A DNA stretch of 64,000 nt from Mobula birostris (lineage: Eukaryota): positions 76,618,935 to 76,682,934 of the forward strand of contig NC_092376.1 of NCBI RefSeq assembly GCF_030028105.1, written 5' to 3'. A program made the position numbers and the translations under genes. Under the pieces are notes generated by a model. The model searched no databases. It saw only the letters and a list, made by a program, of their open reading frames with translations, and was not told the origin of the DNA. Shown piece after piece: positions 1 to 13,281 of this stretch; position 1 is the first letter of the stretch, and each line of letters begins with the position of its first letter.

Positions 1-605
1 GAAGGTGATAGGTAAAGCCAGGTGAGGAGGAAGGTTGGTGGGTGGGAAGGGGGAAAATGAAGTGGGGATCTGGCAGATGATAGGTGGGAAAGGTAAAAGA
101 TTTAAGTAGAAGGAATCTGATTGGAAAGGAGAGTGGGCCATGGGAGAAATGGGAGGAGGAGAGGCACCAAAGAGAGGCGATAGGTAGGTTAGGTTAAGAG
201 AAGTGGTAAGAGGGGAGCCGGAATGGGGAAATGGAAAAAGAGAGAAGGGGGAGGGGAAGAATTACTGGAAGTTAAAGAAATCAGTGTTCATGCTGTCAGG
301 TTGCCACTGCTCCTCCAACCTGTGAAAGGCCTCATCGTAGCAGTAGAGGAAGCTATGGACTGACATGTTGGAATGGGAATGTACAGTGGAATTAAAACAG
401 TTGACCACCAGGAATTCCTGTTTGTTGTGGATGGAACAAAGGTGCTCAAAAAAGCAGTCCCCAATTTACATTGGATCTCACCGATGTAGGGGAGGCTGCA
501 CTGGGGGCATGGGATAAAGCAGATGACCCCGACAGACTTGCTGCCCCACTTGGAAAGACTGTTTGGGGTTCTGAATGGTGGGGAGAGAGGAGGTGAATCG
601 GTAGG
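1..605 (-). mobile_element. Penelope-like retroelement (PLE) fragment: decayed GIY-YIG endonuclease end plus pLTR
   Basis: Minus ORF 288..632 contains VICFIPCPQCSLPYIGEIQCKLG, a GIY-YIG-like motif. The DNA matches the other PLE copies in the window (tcaggttg...ctcctccaacctg...ggcctcatc). Confidence 0.8.
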
Positions 606-609
606 TGTA

Positions 610-716
610 GTTGACTCTTTGTTCCTTTCCATAGATGCTGCCTGACCAGCTGAGTTTCTCCAGCCTTTTGTGCACGCTACTGTGGATTTCCAGCATCTGC
701 AGAATCTTTTGTGTTA
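610..716 (+). mobile_element. PLE terminal (pLTR) tail, inverted relative to the adjacent PLE body
   Basis: gatgctgcctgaccagctgagtttctccagc...ttccagcatctgcaga is the same tail that follows the hammerhead motif in other PLE copies. Confidence 0.7.
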
Positions 717-1041
717 CCTGTGGCTCTAGGACCTGCAGACTCTATCGCTGACATTAATTTACCTCAGGCACTGTATCAGATCTCCTGTTTTACTTTTCAT
801 TAAATCAGAGAAAGCAGGAGCAAAAGATAAGCTGCTTGTCAAGTTTAATAATTTACTGGTATATTCCATGGTCAGGTGACCAAACATTTTCAAAAGCTCA
901 AACAGATAAATAGAGGGATAGCTCAAGCGAAGCGGCCAGTGCGTGAGTGGGCCAGTGAAGGAGTGGAGCTTTGAGGCTTTGACTCGAAAGGCTTCGACGA
1001 GAAGAGGCGGAGGACAAGCTAGCTCGCAGTTAGTTTTTACA

Positions 1042-1983
1042 ATGTCTCCTGAGACGGTGATGTGCCTCTCATGTGAGATGTGGCAGTCTTGGGGGAACTC
1101 CCCTCTCCCGCAGAGTCACATCTGCCAGAAGTGCATACGGCTGAGCGATCTGGAAGACCATGTAAGGAATCTGGAGCAGCAGCTCGACGACCTTTGACTC
1201 ATAAGGGAGAATGAGGCAGTCATAGATGAGAGCTACAGGGAGGTAGTCACACCTAGGCTGTCGGAAGCAGGTTGTTCGGTGACAGTCAGAGGGGGGAAAG
1301 CGAAGGTGAGCAGACAGGTAGTGCAGAGCACCCCTGTAGCCATTCCCCTGAATAATAAGTTTATCATCCTGGATACTGTTGGCAGGGACAACCGACCAGG
1401 TGTGAGCCACGGTGGCAGGGCCTCCGGCACTGAGTCTGACCCTGTGGTGCAGAAGGGTGGGACGGAGAAGAGGAGAGCTGTCATCATTGGAGACTCTATA
1501 GTCAGGGGAGCAGACAGGAGATTTTGTGGACGTGGGAAGGACACCCACATGGTTTGTTGCCTCCCGGGTGCCAGGGTCCGGGATGTCTCTAACCGGGTGC
1601 ATGACATCCTGGTACGAGAGGGAAAGCAACCAGAAGTCGTGATACATGTTGGGACCAATGACATAGGCAGGAAGAGGGATGAGGTTCTGAAGGGTGAGTT
1701 TCGGGAATTAGGCAGAAGGCTGAAGAACAGGACCTCAAGGGTGACGTTCTCAGGATTGCTGCCAGTGCTACGTGACAGTGATGGTAAGAATTGGAGGAGA
1801 TGGCAGTTGAATGCGTGGCTGAGGAGTTGGTGCAGGGAGCAAGGTTTTAGATTTTTAGATCATTGGGATCTCTTCTGGGGAAGGTGGGACCTGTACAGAT
1901 TGGATGGGTTGCACCTGAACTCAAGGGGGAGCAATATCCTTGCAGGTAGGTTTGCTAGCATGGTTCGGGAGGGTTTAAACTAA
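1042..1983 (+). pseudogene. CR1 ORF1: Zn-finger, coiled coil and SGNH esterase; one in-frame stop at 1195-1197
   Basis: CLSC...CQKC cysteine pairs, heptad LSDLEDHVRNLEQQLDDL, and esterase motifs GDS, VGTND and DGLH. ORFs 943..1197 and 1279..1983 are in the same frame. Confidence 0.88.
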
Positions 1984-2018
1984 TTTGCGAGGGGGATGGA
2001 ACCCAGCGCGATAGAGCT

Positions 2019-4909
2019 GTGAAAGAAGTGCATGGAGTAAAGCCAGATCTAACATACAGAGAGGCTTTGAGGAAAGAGAAGCAGAATAAACAGTGTAAAG
2101 ACAGTAAGGTAGAAGGGCTGAAATGTGTGTACCTCAATGCAAGAAGCATCAGGAACAAAGGTGATGAACTGAGAGCTTGGATACATACATGGAATTATGA
2201 TGTAGTGGCCATTACAAAGACTTGGCTGGCACCAGGGCAGGAATGGATTCTCAATATTCCTGGATTTCAGTGCTTTAAAAGGGATAGGGAGGGTGGAAAA
2301 AGGGGAGGAGGGGTGGCATTACTGGTCAGGGATACTATTACAGCTACAGAAAGGGTGGGTAATGTAGCAGGATCCTCTTTTGAGTCAATATGGGTGGATG
2401 TCAGGAACAGGAAGGGAGCAATTACTTTACTGGGGGTATTCTATAGGCCCCCTGGTAGCAGCAGAGATACAGAGGAGCAGATTGGGAGACAGATTTTGGA
2501 AAGGTGCAAAAATAACAGGGTTGTTATCATGGGTGACTTTAACTTCCCTAATATTGATTTGCACCTGATTAGTTCCAAGGGTTTAGATGGGGCAGAGTTT
2601 GTTAAGTGTGTCCAGGATGGATTCCTGTCACAGTATGTGGACAGGCTGACCAGGGGGAATGCCATACTAGATCTAGTACTAGGTAATGAACCGGGTCAGG
2701 TCACAGATCTCTCAGTGGGTGAGCATCTGGGGGACAGTGACCACCGCTCCCTGGCCTTTAGCATTATCATGGAAAAGGATAGAATCAGAGAGGACAGGAA
2801 AACTTTTAATTGGGGAGAGGCAAATTATGAGGCTATAAGGGTAGAACTTGCGGGTGTGAATTGGGATGATGTTTTTGCAGGGAAATGTACTATGGACATG
2901 TGGTCGATGGTTAGAGATCTCTTGCGGGATGTAAGGGATAAATTTGTCCCGGTGAGGAAGATAAAGAATGGTAGGGTGAAGGAACCATGGGTGACAAGTG
3001 AGTTGGAAAATCTAGTCAGGTGGAAGAAGGCAACATACATGAGGTTTAGGAAGCAAGGATCAGATGGGTCTATTGAGGAACATAGGGAAGCAAGAAAGGA
3101 GTTTAAGAAGGGGCTGAGAAGAGCAAGAAGGGGGCATGAGAAGGCCTTGGCGAGTAGGGTAAAGGAAAACCCCAAGGCATTCTTCAATTATGCGAAGAAA
3201 AAAAGGATGACAGGAGTGAAGGTAGGACCGATTAGAGATAAAGGTGGGAAGATGTGCCTGGAGGCTGTGGAATTGAGCGAGGTCCTCAATGAATACTTCT
3301 CTTCGGTATTCACCAATGAGAGGGAACTTGATGATGGTGAGGATAATATGAGTGAGGTTGATGTTCTGGAGCGTGTTGATATTAAGGGAGAGGAGGTGTT
3401 GGAGTTGTTAAAATACATTAGGACAGATAAGTCCCCGAGGCCTGACGGAATATTCCCCAGGCTGCTCCATGAGGCAAGAGAAGAGATTGCTGAGCCTCTG
3501 GCTAGGATCTTTATTTCCTCGTTGTCCACGGGAATGGTACCAGAGGATTGGAGGGAGGCGAATGTTGTTCCCTTGTTCAAAAAAGGTAGTAGGGATAGTC
3601 CGGGTAATTATAGACCAGTGAGCCTTACGTCTGTGGTGGGAAAGCTGTTGGAAAAGATTCTTAGAGATAGGATCTATAGGCATTTAGAGAATCATGGTCT
3701 GATCAGGGACAGTCAGCATGGCTTTGTGAAGGGCAGATCGTGTTTAACAAGCCTGATAGAGTTCTTTGAGGAGGTGACCAGGCATATAGATGAGGGTAGT
3801 GCAGTGGATGTGATCTATATGGATTTTAGTAAGGCATTTGACAAGGTTCCACATGGTAGGCTTATTCAGAAAGTTAGAAGGCATGGGATCCAGGGAAGTT
3901 TGGCCAGGTGGATTCAGAATTGGCTTGCCTGCAGAAGGCAGAGGGTGGTGGTGGAGGGAGTACATTCAGATTGGAGGATTGTGACTAGTGGTATCCCACA
4001 GGGATCTGTTCTGGGACCTCTACTTTTCGTGATTTTTATTAACAACCTGGATGTGGGGGTAGAAGGGTGGGTTGGCAAGTTTGCAGATGACACAAAGGTT
4101 GGTGGTGTTGTAGATGGTGTAGAGGATTGTCAAAGATTGCAGAGAGACATTGATAGGATGCAGAAGTGGGCTGAGAAGTGGCAGATGGAGTTCAACCCGG
4201 AGAAGTGTGAGGTGGTACACTTTGGAAGGACAAACTCCAAGGCAGAGTACAAAGTAAATGGCAGGATACTTGGTAGTGTGGAGGAGCAGAGAGATCTCGG
4301 GGTACATGTCCACAGATCCTTGAAAGTTGCCTCACAGGTGGATAGGGTAGTTAAGAAAGCTTATGGGGTGTTAGCTTTCATAAGTCAAGGGATAGAGTTT
4401 AAGAGTCGCGATGTAATGATGCAGCTCTATAAAACTCTGGTTAGGCCACACTTGGAGTACTGTGTCCAGTTCTGGTCACCTCGCTATAGGAAGGATGTGG
4501 AAGCATTGGAAAGGGTACAGAGGAGATTTACCAGGGTGCTGCTGGTTTAGAAGGTATGCATTATAATCAGAGATTAAGGGAGCTAGGGCTTTACTCTTTG
4601 GAGAGAAGGAGGATGAGAGGAGACATGATAGAGGTATACAAGATAATAAGAGGAATAGATAGAGTGGATAGCCAGTGCCTCTTCCCCAGGGCACCACTGC
4701 TCAATACAAGAGGACATGGCTTTAAGGTAAGGGGTGGGAAGTTCAAGGGGGATATTAGAGGAAGGTTTTTTACTCAGAGAGTGGTTGGTGCGTGGAATGC
4801 ACTGCCTGAGTCAGTGGTGGAGGCAGATACACTAGTGAAGTTTAAGAGACTACTAGACAGGTATATGGAGGAATCTAAGGTGGGGGCTTATATGGGAGGC
4901 AGGGTTTGA
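2019..4909 (+). pseudogene. CR1 ORF2: APE endonuclease plus reverse transcriptase; 1-bp frameshift near 4541
   Basis: APE motifs YLNARSI, GDFN and SDH; RT motifs QHGF, DFSKAFD, PQGSVLGP and FADD. The C-terminus continues in another frame (4556..4909). The usual AITETW reads AITKTW, so the catalytic Glu is lost. Confidence 0.93.
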
Positions 4910-5084
4910 GGGTCGGCACAACATTGTGGGCCGAAGGGCCTGTACTGTGCTGTACTATTCTATGTTCTATGTTCTGTGTTCTATATTAATTTACGAAGGT
5001 TCTCGCAATTAGATCTCAAACCAATGAAAGAACTAAAGTTGAGATCTGCACTGTAAAATAATCAAATGCAACTTTCCATTGTAG

Positions 5085-5151
5085 TGTACAGAAAGATCCT
5101 GATACAAAAGGTATACATGTCATCTCTACAGTGTTCAAGATTACAGCCAGT
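5085..5151 (+). CDS. CFAP300: CFAP300 (C11orf70) penultimate coding exon, 67 nt
   Basis: ttgtag acceptor and gtaagt donor. Encodes (S)VQKDPDTKGIHVISTVFKITAS, similar to the recalled CFAP300 C-terminal region. Joins the 11952 exon in frame (phase 0). Confidence 0.88.
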
Positions 5152-5589
5152 GTAAGTATTAAGTTCCTACAGAACTATGTTGATTGCAGGATGAGCTAAA
5201 ATGCTGACTTAAAGATAGAAGACTAAGAATTAAATTTGGCTATATTAGAAGGTGAACATCTATTCACACATAAACCTTAGTACAAATCTGAACTAATATG
5301 AAGTAATAGTATTAATATCTAGATTGGAGTAGTAGACATAAAATTAAACACAGCTCTTCTTTGTTTGCTATTTTTTACTTGCTGGTAATTTCTCACTCTC
5401 TTTCTAATGTAAACTTGCCTAGGCCTGGAATGAACACTCCTACTAATATGAAACTGGTCCACAGAAATTAACGGATCAGGACATAAGTGAATTTCCAGAA
5501 CTAAATCAGATTGAGATTATCCACATTGAAGACAATATTTCTTAATAATGAAACAAGGGGAGCAAAGTATGCATAAATTTATAGAACCC

Positions 5590-6000
5590 ACACTGCACCT
5601 AATAGATCATTTTCCTGTCAATAGGGCTGGAATACAGGAGTAGCAATTTCATTACAATGAGCTTTAGTTAGGCACCATCTATGATATGTATTCATCTTCT
5701 GTACCACATCTCAAGAAAGCTATACAATTCCTGGAAATAGTATAGGAAATGCAATGTACTTTCAGTATTTGAAGGGTTAAATTATAATGCAATTTCAGTT
5801 GTATTCATTTGGGATTATCAGGTTGAACAGAAATCTACTTGAAGTGTTTGAAATGATAGCATCCAACGGTACAGACCCAGTAAAACTGAACAAATCCAGA
5901 ACAATGGAGCACTATCCTAAAATGGCTAAGCATCTAGGAATGAAATTAGGAAACATATTTTTTACACAAAGAGTAGTGGAACAAACTTTATACCTGACTG
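5590..6000 (+). mobile_element. Old, degraded CR1 3' fragment
   Basis: Remnant peptides LLEVFEMI and FFTQRVV resemble the CR1 ORF2 C-terminus. Confidence 0.6.
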
Positions 6001-6549
6001 AATTATAAAGACTTGGAAAGTTCTAACCTTTATCAGTTGTATGTACCAAAATTACTGATTCTACCTGTTTGTACTTAAATAACTAAAATGTTCCAGCATA
6101 ATTTTAGAATAAAACACATTGTAGCCTCTGGTTTAAGCTCTTAACCTGCCTGAGTCAATAATCCCAAATATTTGAGGGGGTCCATTCTTTACTTTAGTTT
6201 TTCCATCTCCAGCCAGTAATCATACTGGCATTTGTTTGCAGTTGCATTAAATATACAGTTCAAACTGCATAATATCAGTAATCCACCTGAAGACCCTGTC
6301 ATCCATTTGGTCTCCAATCAGGATAAGGCTAGGAGACTGCTGTAATCTTAGTGTGAGCATTCTGTGATATTGAATATTTAGGACATTACCATGGAGGGAT
6401 TTTTTTGGTATAAATGTTCCTATCTTAAAAACAATTACGACAGATGACAACTCTGCTGTTTAATACATGTATAAACAACAGAGTTGGGAAGGATTAAATT
6501 ATTTGACAGGGAAATGTTACTCAGAAAAGATGGAGGGAGGTACAGTGAA

Positions 6550-7117
6550 ATAGAAGCATAGAAACATAGAAAACATACAGCACAATACAGGCCCTTTGGC
6601 CCACAAAGCTGTGCTGAACATGTCCCTACCTTAGAACTACCTAGGCTTTACCCATAGCCCTCTATTTTTCTAAGCTCCATGTAGCCATTCAGGAGTCTCT
6701 TAAAAGACCCTATCATTTCCACCTCCACCGCCACAGCCGGCAGCCCATTCCACGTACTCACCACTCTCTGCGTAAAAACCTTACGCCTGACATCTCCTCT
6801 GTACCTACTTCCAAGCACTTTAAAACTATGCCCTCTCATGCTAGCCATTTCAGCCTTGGCGAAAAGCCTCTGACTATCCACACGATCAATGCCTCTCATT
6901 ACCTTGTACATCTCTATCAGGTCACCTCTCATCCTCCATCGCTCCAAGGAGAAAAGGCCAAGTTCATTCAACCTATTCTCATAAGGCATGCTCCCCAATC
7001 CAGGCAACATCCTTGTAAATCTTCTCTGCACCCTTTCTATCGTTTCCACATCCTTCCTGTAGTGAGGTAACCAGAACTGGGCACAGTATTCCAAGTGGGG
7101 TCTGACCAGGGTCCTAT
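6550..7117 (-). mobile_element. 5'-truncated CR1 (ORF2 C-terminus plus tail)
   Basis: YRTLVRPHLEYCAQFW...RRFTRMLPGL...TQRVV; microsatellite tail (catagaaa repeats on +) at ~6550-6580. Confidence 0.9.
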
Positions 7118-7700
7118 AAAAATAAAGAAGAAAAACTAAGACATTCCAGAATGCAGGATATATATAGACATGAATGCAAGAGTACATTTTACCTCTAGAA
7201 AAAGAAGTACGGTAGATGAAATTAAGGCATTAATTAACACATGGTATTATGACTATTATGATATTACTGTCACAGTCATGGTATAAAACAAGAGCAGGAC
7301 TGGCAGTTTAATATTCCAGGGTAAAGAATCCTCAGGTATGACTTGGAGAGTTAAAAGAGGAGGTGGCATTGCAATATTAATTAAGGAGTCTAAAAGTTAT
7401 GTTAGAAGACTCTTCAAATAAAGGAATATGAATACAATTAAGAAACAAAAAAGAGATGACTATTTTGTTCTGGATGTAACCACAGACTTCTCAAAATTCA
7501 TTGGGAGATAGAGGAGAAATTTATGGGTAAATCACAGAGGGATGAAAGAATAATAGGCTATAGTAGAAGGGGGTTCCACTTTCCCCAATATTAACTGGGA
7601 TTGCCTGGGTGTGAAAAGACTTGTAGAGGGTGGAGTCTAGATGAGATTTTTGAGCTTTTTGTAGTCCAGAAAGAGAAAGCAAGTACTGGACCTAATCTTA

Positions 7701-9790
7701 GACCATGAGATTTTGGAGTAGAATTTAGGTCACTTGGCCCATCAAATCTGCTCCATCATTCCATCCTGGCTGATTTATTATTCCTCTCAACCCTATTCTC
7801 CTGCCTTCTCCCTGTAATCTTTGACATCCTGTCTAATCAAGAACTCATCAACCTCTGCTTTAGATTTATCCAATGACTTGGCCTCCAACGCTATCTGTGG
7901 CAATAAATTCCACAGATTCACCACCCTCTGGTTGCAGAAATTCTTCCTCATCTCTGTTCTAAATTGACATCCCTCTATTTTGAGACTGTGCCCTCTGGTC
8001 CTAGAATCCTCTACTCTTGGAAACATCCTCTTCACATCCATTCTATCTTGGCTTTTCATTCCTGGTATCATTCCTGTGAACCTCCTCTTGACCCTCTCCA
8101 ATGCCAGCACATCTTTTCTTAGATAAGTGGCACAACAATTCTAGCAATACTCCAAGTGCAGTCTGACCAATGCCTATAAAGCCTCAGCATTGCATCCTCA
8201 CTTTGTATTCTAGCCCTCTCAAAATTAATGCTAACATTGCATTTACCTTATTTACCATTCACTCAACCTGCAAGTTACCTCATAGGGAATTCTGCACAAG
8301 GACTCCCAAGTCCCTCTACATTTATGATTTTTGAGTTTTCTCTCCATTTAGTAAATAGTCTACGCCTTTATTCCTTTTACCAAAGTGCGTGACCATACAT
8401 TTCCCTACACTCTATTCCAACTGATTTGCTCATTCTCTTTACCTGTCTAAGTCCTTCTGCAGTCTCCCTGCTTCCTCAATTCTACCTACTCCTCAATACT
8501 ACCTACCCCTCTACCTACAGTATCATTGTGTCATCCGCAAACTAGGCCACAAAACCATTAATTCTGTCATCCAAATTATTGACATACAATATGAAAAGGA
8601 GGGGTCCTGAAATTTATCCCTGCAGGACACCACTAGTCACCGACAGCCAACGGGAAAAGACCCACTTTATTCCCATTCTTAGTTTCCTGCCGGTCAACCA
8701 ATCTTCTATCCATTCTAGTGTTTTTCTTGTAATACCATGGGCTGCTGTTAAGCAGCTTCATTGCAGTGCCTGGTCAAAGGCCTTCTGCAAATCCAAGTAA
8801 ACAACATCCACTGCCTGTTATTTCCTCAAAGAATTCCAACAGATTTGTCAGGTAAGATTTCCCCTTAATCTCCCATGATGACTGTGGCCCATTTTGTCAA
8901 GTGCTTCCAAGTATCCAGAAGCCTCATCCTTAATAATGGACTCCCAACGTCGCCACAACCATGAAATTAGGCTAACAGGCCTATAATTTTCTTTCTTCTG
9001 CCTCCCTCCCTTCTTAAAGAGTGAAGACACATTTGCAATTTTTCAGTCCCCCGGAACTATTTCAGAACGTAGTGATTCTTGAAAGATCACTACTAATACC
9101 TTCACAATCTCTTCAGTTACCTCTTTCAGAACTCTGAGGTGTAGTGCATATCTTATCCACCTTCAGACGTTTCAGCTTCCCAAGGACCTTCTCCTTAATA
9201 ATAGCAACTATGCTCTCTTCTGCCCCCTGACACGCTCAAATATCTGTCATATTGCTAGTATTTTCTACAGTGAAGACTGCCACAAAATTCTTATTAAGTT
9301 TTCCATCATTTCTTCGTCTCCTATTGCTACCTTTCCAGCGTCATTTTCTAGTGGTTCGATATCCACTGTTGTGTCTCTTTTACTCTTCATATGTCTGAAA
9401 AATCTTATTGTATCGTCTTTTATATGATAGGTCAGCTTATCTCCATATTTCATCTTTTCTCTCCTTATAGCATTTTTAGTTGCCTTCTGTTGATTTCTAA
9501 AAGCTTCCCAATCCTCTAACTTCCCATTAATTTTTTGCTATATTATATGCCCTCTTTTTTGCTTTTATGCTGTCTTTGACCTCCCATGTTAGTCACAGTT
9601 GCATCATCATCCTCTCCTTAGAATACTTCTTCTTTGGGATGTATCTATCCTGTGCCTTCCCAATTGCTCCCAGAAGCTCCAGCCATTCCTGTTCTGCCGT
9701 CACCCCTCCTAGCGTCCCCTTTCATTCAACTTTGGCCAGCTTCTCTCTCGTGCCTCCGTAATTCTCCTTACTGCATTGTAATACTAATGA
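7701..9790 (-). mobile_element. CR1 ORF2 fragment with 3' end, degenerate
   Basis: Minus peptides LFKKGGRQKKENYRPVSL and LERVKRRFTGMIPGMK...RTRGHSLKIEG...QRVVNLWNLLP. Confidence 0.88.
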
Positions 9791-10979
9791 TTTTGGGGTA
9801 TCTAATCAGTCAATTGATGGGTATGTCCATGGAAGAACATTTTGGAGATATTGACAATAACTCTGTAAATGTTAAGGTGGCCATACAAATGTATAAGGAA
9901 TGATCAGAGATGAAGGTCCTGAATTAGATTTAAGGCTAATTTCAATATCATAAAACAGAACCAAGCCCAACAGGAGTATAGAAATGAAAGGGCAGCAGTT
10001 TAAAAAAATTAAGAGGGAAATAAGGTGTTTGAAATATCACTGATGGACAAGGTAAAAGAAAATCCCTATTCATTTTATCAGTATCTTATGGGCAAGATGC
10101 ATACAGTAAGTATGGAAAGAGTGGTGCTTATTTGGAAACCACGGGCCAATCTGCAGATGACAGCAGAGTATGTAGATTAGAATTAATATTTCTTATCTAT
10201 GTTCCCTAAGGAAAGGAAATTGTTGTTAGAATTCAGGGAGAGAGACAGTGACATTCCAGAATAAATAAGGAGGTATTAGACATCTTAGATGGCTTAAAGG
10301 TAAATGAATCCTCAAGGACTGATGAGGTGTATGCCATACTGCTCTAGAAGGTTAAGAAGGAGAATGCTGGGTCTCTGACTGAGATGTTTAAAAATTTTAC
10401 TGGTCACAGTTATGGTGCCTGATGATTATAGGACAACAAATGCTGGACCTTTATTCTCAAAGGGCAATAGGGACAAACCAAATAATTATTGACTAGTAAG
10501 TCTATAATTTACAATTATAAAAATGTTGTTTACAATTGGAATGATTTTGGGAAAAATACATGATTAATCTACAATTGGGAAGGCGAGACTAATAAAATAC
10601 AGTCAGCATGGATTTGTTTGCAGGAGATCCTGTCTGACCAATTTGAAAACAAATTACATGGATGAAGACAATGTGGTTTATGTAGTCTGTGTGATCTTCA
10701 ATAAGTTCACACAGGCCAAGCTGGCAAAATAGATCCACAGTTGACAGTAACAACAGCTGGAGGGTGATGCTTGAGTGTTTTTTATATGATTGGAAACCTG
10801 TAACTGGTGATCTACCACAAATAAATTGCTGCTGACAGAAGCAGACCCTTCAATCCACTATCTGTGAAACATCTACTTTTATTCACTACGTCAGATTCTT
10901 GACACACTCTTTTCAACTTCCCCATGGTCAGTCCACCACTCCTCCCCACACCTCCAGATTATAACACTCATCTGGACAC

Positions 10980-11130
10980 TGGGACCAACTTATTCACCAA
11001 TTAACCAATTAGGATGTGAGAGGAAATTGAAGCACCCAAGGGAAACCAATGTGGTCTTGTGAGGACATACAAACTCTACATAGACAATGTAGTCTTTGGA
11101 AGTGTAAGGCAGCAATTGTTGTAGTGCTAT
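10980..11130 (-). mobile_element. V-SINE (HE1-like) fragment
   Basis: Degenerate reverse complement of the V-SINE core: ggaaattgaagcacccaagggaaaccaatg...acaaactctacatagac. Confidence 0.6.
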
Positions 11131-11951
11131 GCACATTAGTATAAATGTAAGAGATATTATTAAGTCTGTATATGACTAAGGCATTTGTGGTATTGTTGAT
11201 AATGAGGCTAATGTTTGGCTACTGAACAAAGTTGGTGTTAGTAAAATGGTAGATTGAGCTTAGTCCTGAAAAATGTGAGAAGATGCACTTAGAAGAACTA
11301 AAAATACTGAGATGTATACAACGAATTATATGACCCTGGGAAATATTACTGAAGAGAAGCTTGACACATGTTCAAATACCCTTAAAGACAGCTACACAGG
11401 TAGATGGGCTAATTAGGAAGTCAAATGAGATACTTGCCTTCATTCAGATATTGGCTGGGAGTTTTGAAGAAAGAGTAGATATGCTGAAGGCTGAGGGGGA
11501 ACCTGATTAAGATAGAGGAGAACGGATAGGATAGAGAGTATTATTTTTTCCTAATAAAAGAGTATATAAACCCCAAAGGCATAGGTTTAGTATAAAGGTA
11601 TAAAGAGAAATTATTCACGCAAAGGGTGGTAGGAATCTGGAATGCACTGCTGGAGGGGTTGTTGAAAGCCAAGACATCGACAAGATTCCAGAAATATATA
11701 GATGAGCACTTAAGTTACAGAGACATAGAAGGCTGCAGGTCAGGAGTGGGAAAATAGTTCAGTATAAATAGGTACTTGATGGTCAGTATGGACTTGGGTG
11801 GACAGAAGCATCTCTTTCTATGTTCTATGACTTTATGATTGTGGGACTAATGTTGCCCTCCAACATGGCACAGTTTTCCTATTTTTATTTGTAAATAAAT
11901 TATGAATTTAGATACTAATTGCTCTCCCCTCTATGTTTTTTCTCTCTCTAG

Positions 11952-12083
<132 letters not shown>

Positions 12084-12517
12084 TGCTTACTTACAATCCT
12101 CTATCTTTGCTGAAATATAAGTACTGTTTAGCTGAGGATGTTCTGTGGGGAAGCAGTATGTATTATGAGAATGATTTATTCCAGTATTTGAAACTTGCCC
12201 ATCTTTCCGCATAACTGTAATTTTTAGTAAAGAGATGATTAAGTGCAGACAGTTTCAAAGTCTGCAAATAGTTGTTCATATCATCTGCTTTTCTAAATAC
12301 ACAAGTATTTTAGGGATTATCTTTTATTGCGTGTTTTGTTCTGAAATATATGTTAGTAATTACAGGCATTTGTGGATGTAACCAATGTTCCTTCTAATTT
12401 TAGTGGTCAGTGTGTGCAACATGTAACACAGATTTACTATTTTGGAAACCTTCAAGATGATTAATATTTTTATATTTTAATAACATCAATTTTCATTTAG
12501 ACTATGGCTTAAAAACT

Positions 12518-12523
12518 ATTAAA
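12518..12523 (+). terminator. Possible CFAP300 polyadenylation signal (ATTAAA)
   Basis: Variant hexamer ~435 nt after the stop, followed by GT-rich sequence. Not verifiable without transcripts. Confidence 0.3.
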
Positions 12524-12657
12524 AATAATTGTGGATTGTGCATGGTTCAAGTTCAAGATTGATGTCATTCAACCACATGAATACAGTCAAACGAAACAGC
12601 GTTACTCCAGGGCCAAGATGCAAAACAGAGTACCTACAGTCATACACAGCACAAGGC

Positions 12658-13281
12658 GTGGTGGTGGTGGCATCCGTTGGTCTCGCGAGACCATGGATCT
12701 GCTCCTGGAAAGTCTTGCAGCGTCTATCATGGTGAGGCGATGCTGGAGTGTCCTCTCCAGGGTGCAGGCCTAGGCAAGGTTGTATGGAAGACCGGCAGTT
12801 GCCCATGCAGCAAGTCTCCCCTCTCCATGACACCGATGCTGTCCAAGGGAAGGGCAAGGGCCAATACAGCTTGGCACCAGTGTCATCGCAGGAGTTGCCA
12901 GAACGAGGTTCAAGGCAACGTCGGACTGCCTTAGGGACTCCAGCTCCGCATTTGACCTCAGGGTTTACTCCCAAAGCCTTTCCCATGAGTGGGTATAGCC
13001 ACAAGGTAGCGGAAGTTTGAAATCAGAATTTTCCCTCTCTTAGATGGGCTGACTTCCCAGGCTGACGAGCTCCATCTACACAAAGCACTGGTTTTAAGGC
13101 GCCAGGACCCACCTTCACCCCTTCTCCTGTCAGTAGAAACAGTTCTGCCGGGCTTAGAGGCTAAGCCACACGAGAAGGCCAGGAGTTGGACTTGGTTATC
13201 AGAGGTTATTTGAGGCTCATGCTGTGAGGAGCACTTTTAGGTAGTGGGAGCTTGTCCCCCCTACCACTCCTCGGCTTGACA
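12658..13281 (-). mobile_element. Non-autonomous RTE-type retroelement, ~620 bp, with TSD
   Basis: 12-bp TSD acagcacaaggc (12646-12657) / acagcagaaggc (13282-13293). The minus-strand 3' end has a GGTCTCGCGAGACC hairpin and a (CAC)n tail. The 5' part is structured and RTE-5'UTR-like. No RT ORF. Confidence 0.72.
13124..13275 (-). ncRNA. Candidate HDV-like ribozyme at the element's 5' end, probably decayed
   Basis: P1 GCCGAG/CCCGGC, P2 CTCCTG/CAGGAG, P3 GCC/GGC with loop TTCTCGTGT, a short P4, and a CTGA junction before P2'. Confidence 0.5.

Larger units (their letters stand above)
920..4985 (+). mobile_element. Near full-length CR1-clade LINE in a CFAP300 intron
   Basis: ORF1 and ORF2 in tandem, followed by a 3' UTR and a (TTCTATG)n microsatellite tail at ~4956-4985. 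Confidence 0.95.
7215..11840 (+). mobile_element. Old decayed CR1 ORF2, split by a younger CR1 (7701-9790) and a V-SINE
   Basis: APE sequence ending in 'LDLIL' at ~7700 resumes at ~9795 as an LGNEPGQ...EHFGDSDHN-like stretch. RT remnants (cagtcagcatggatttg) and a ttctatga tail at ~11820 follow. Confidence 0.75.
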
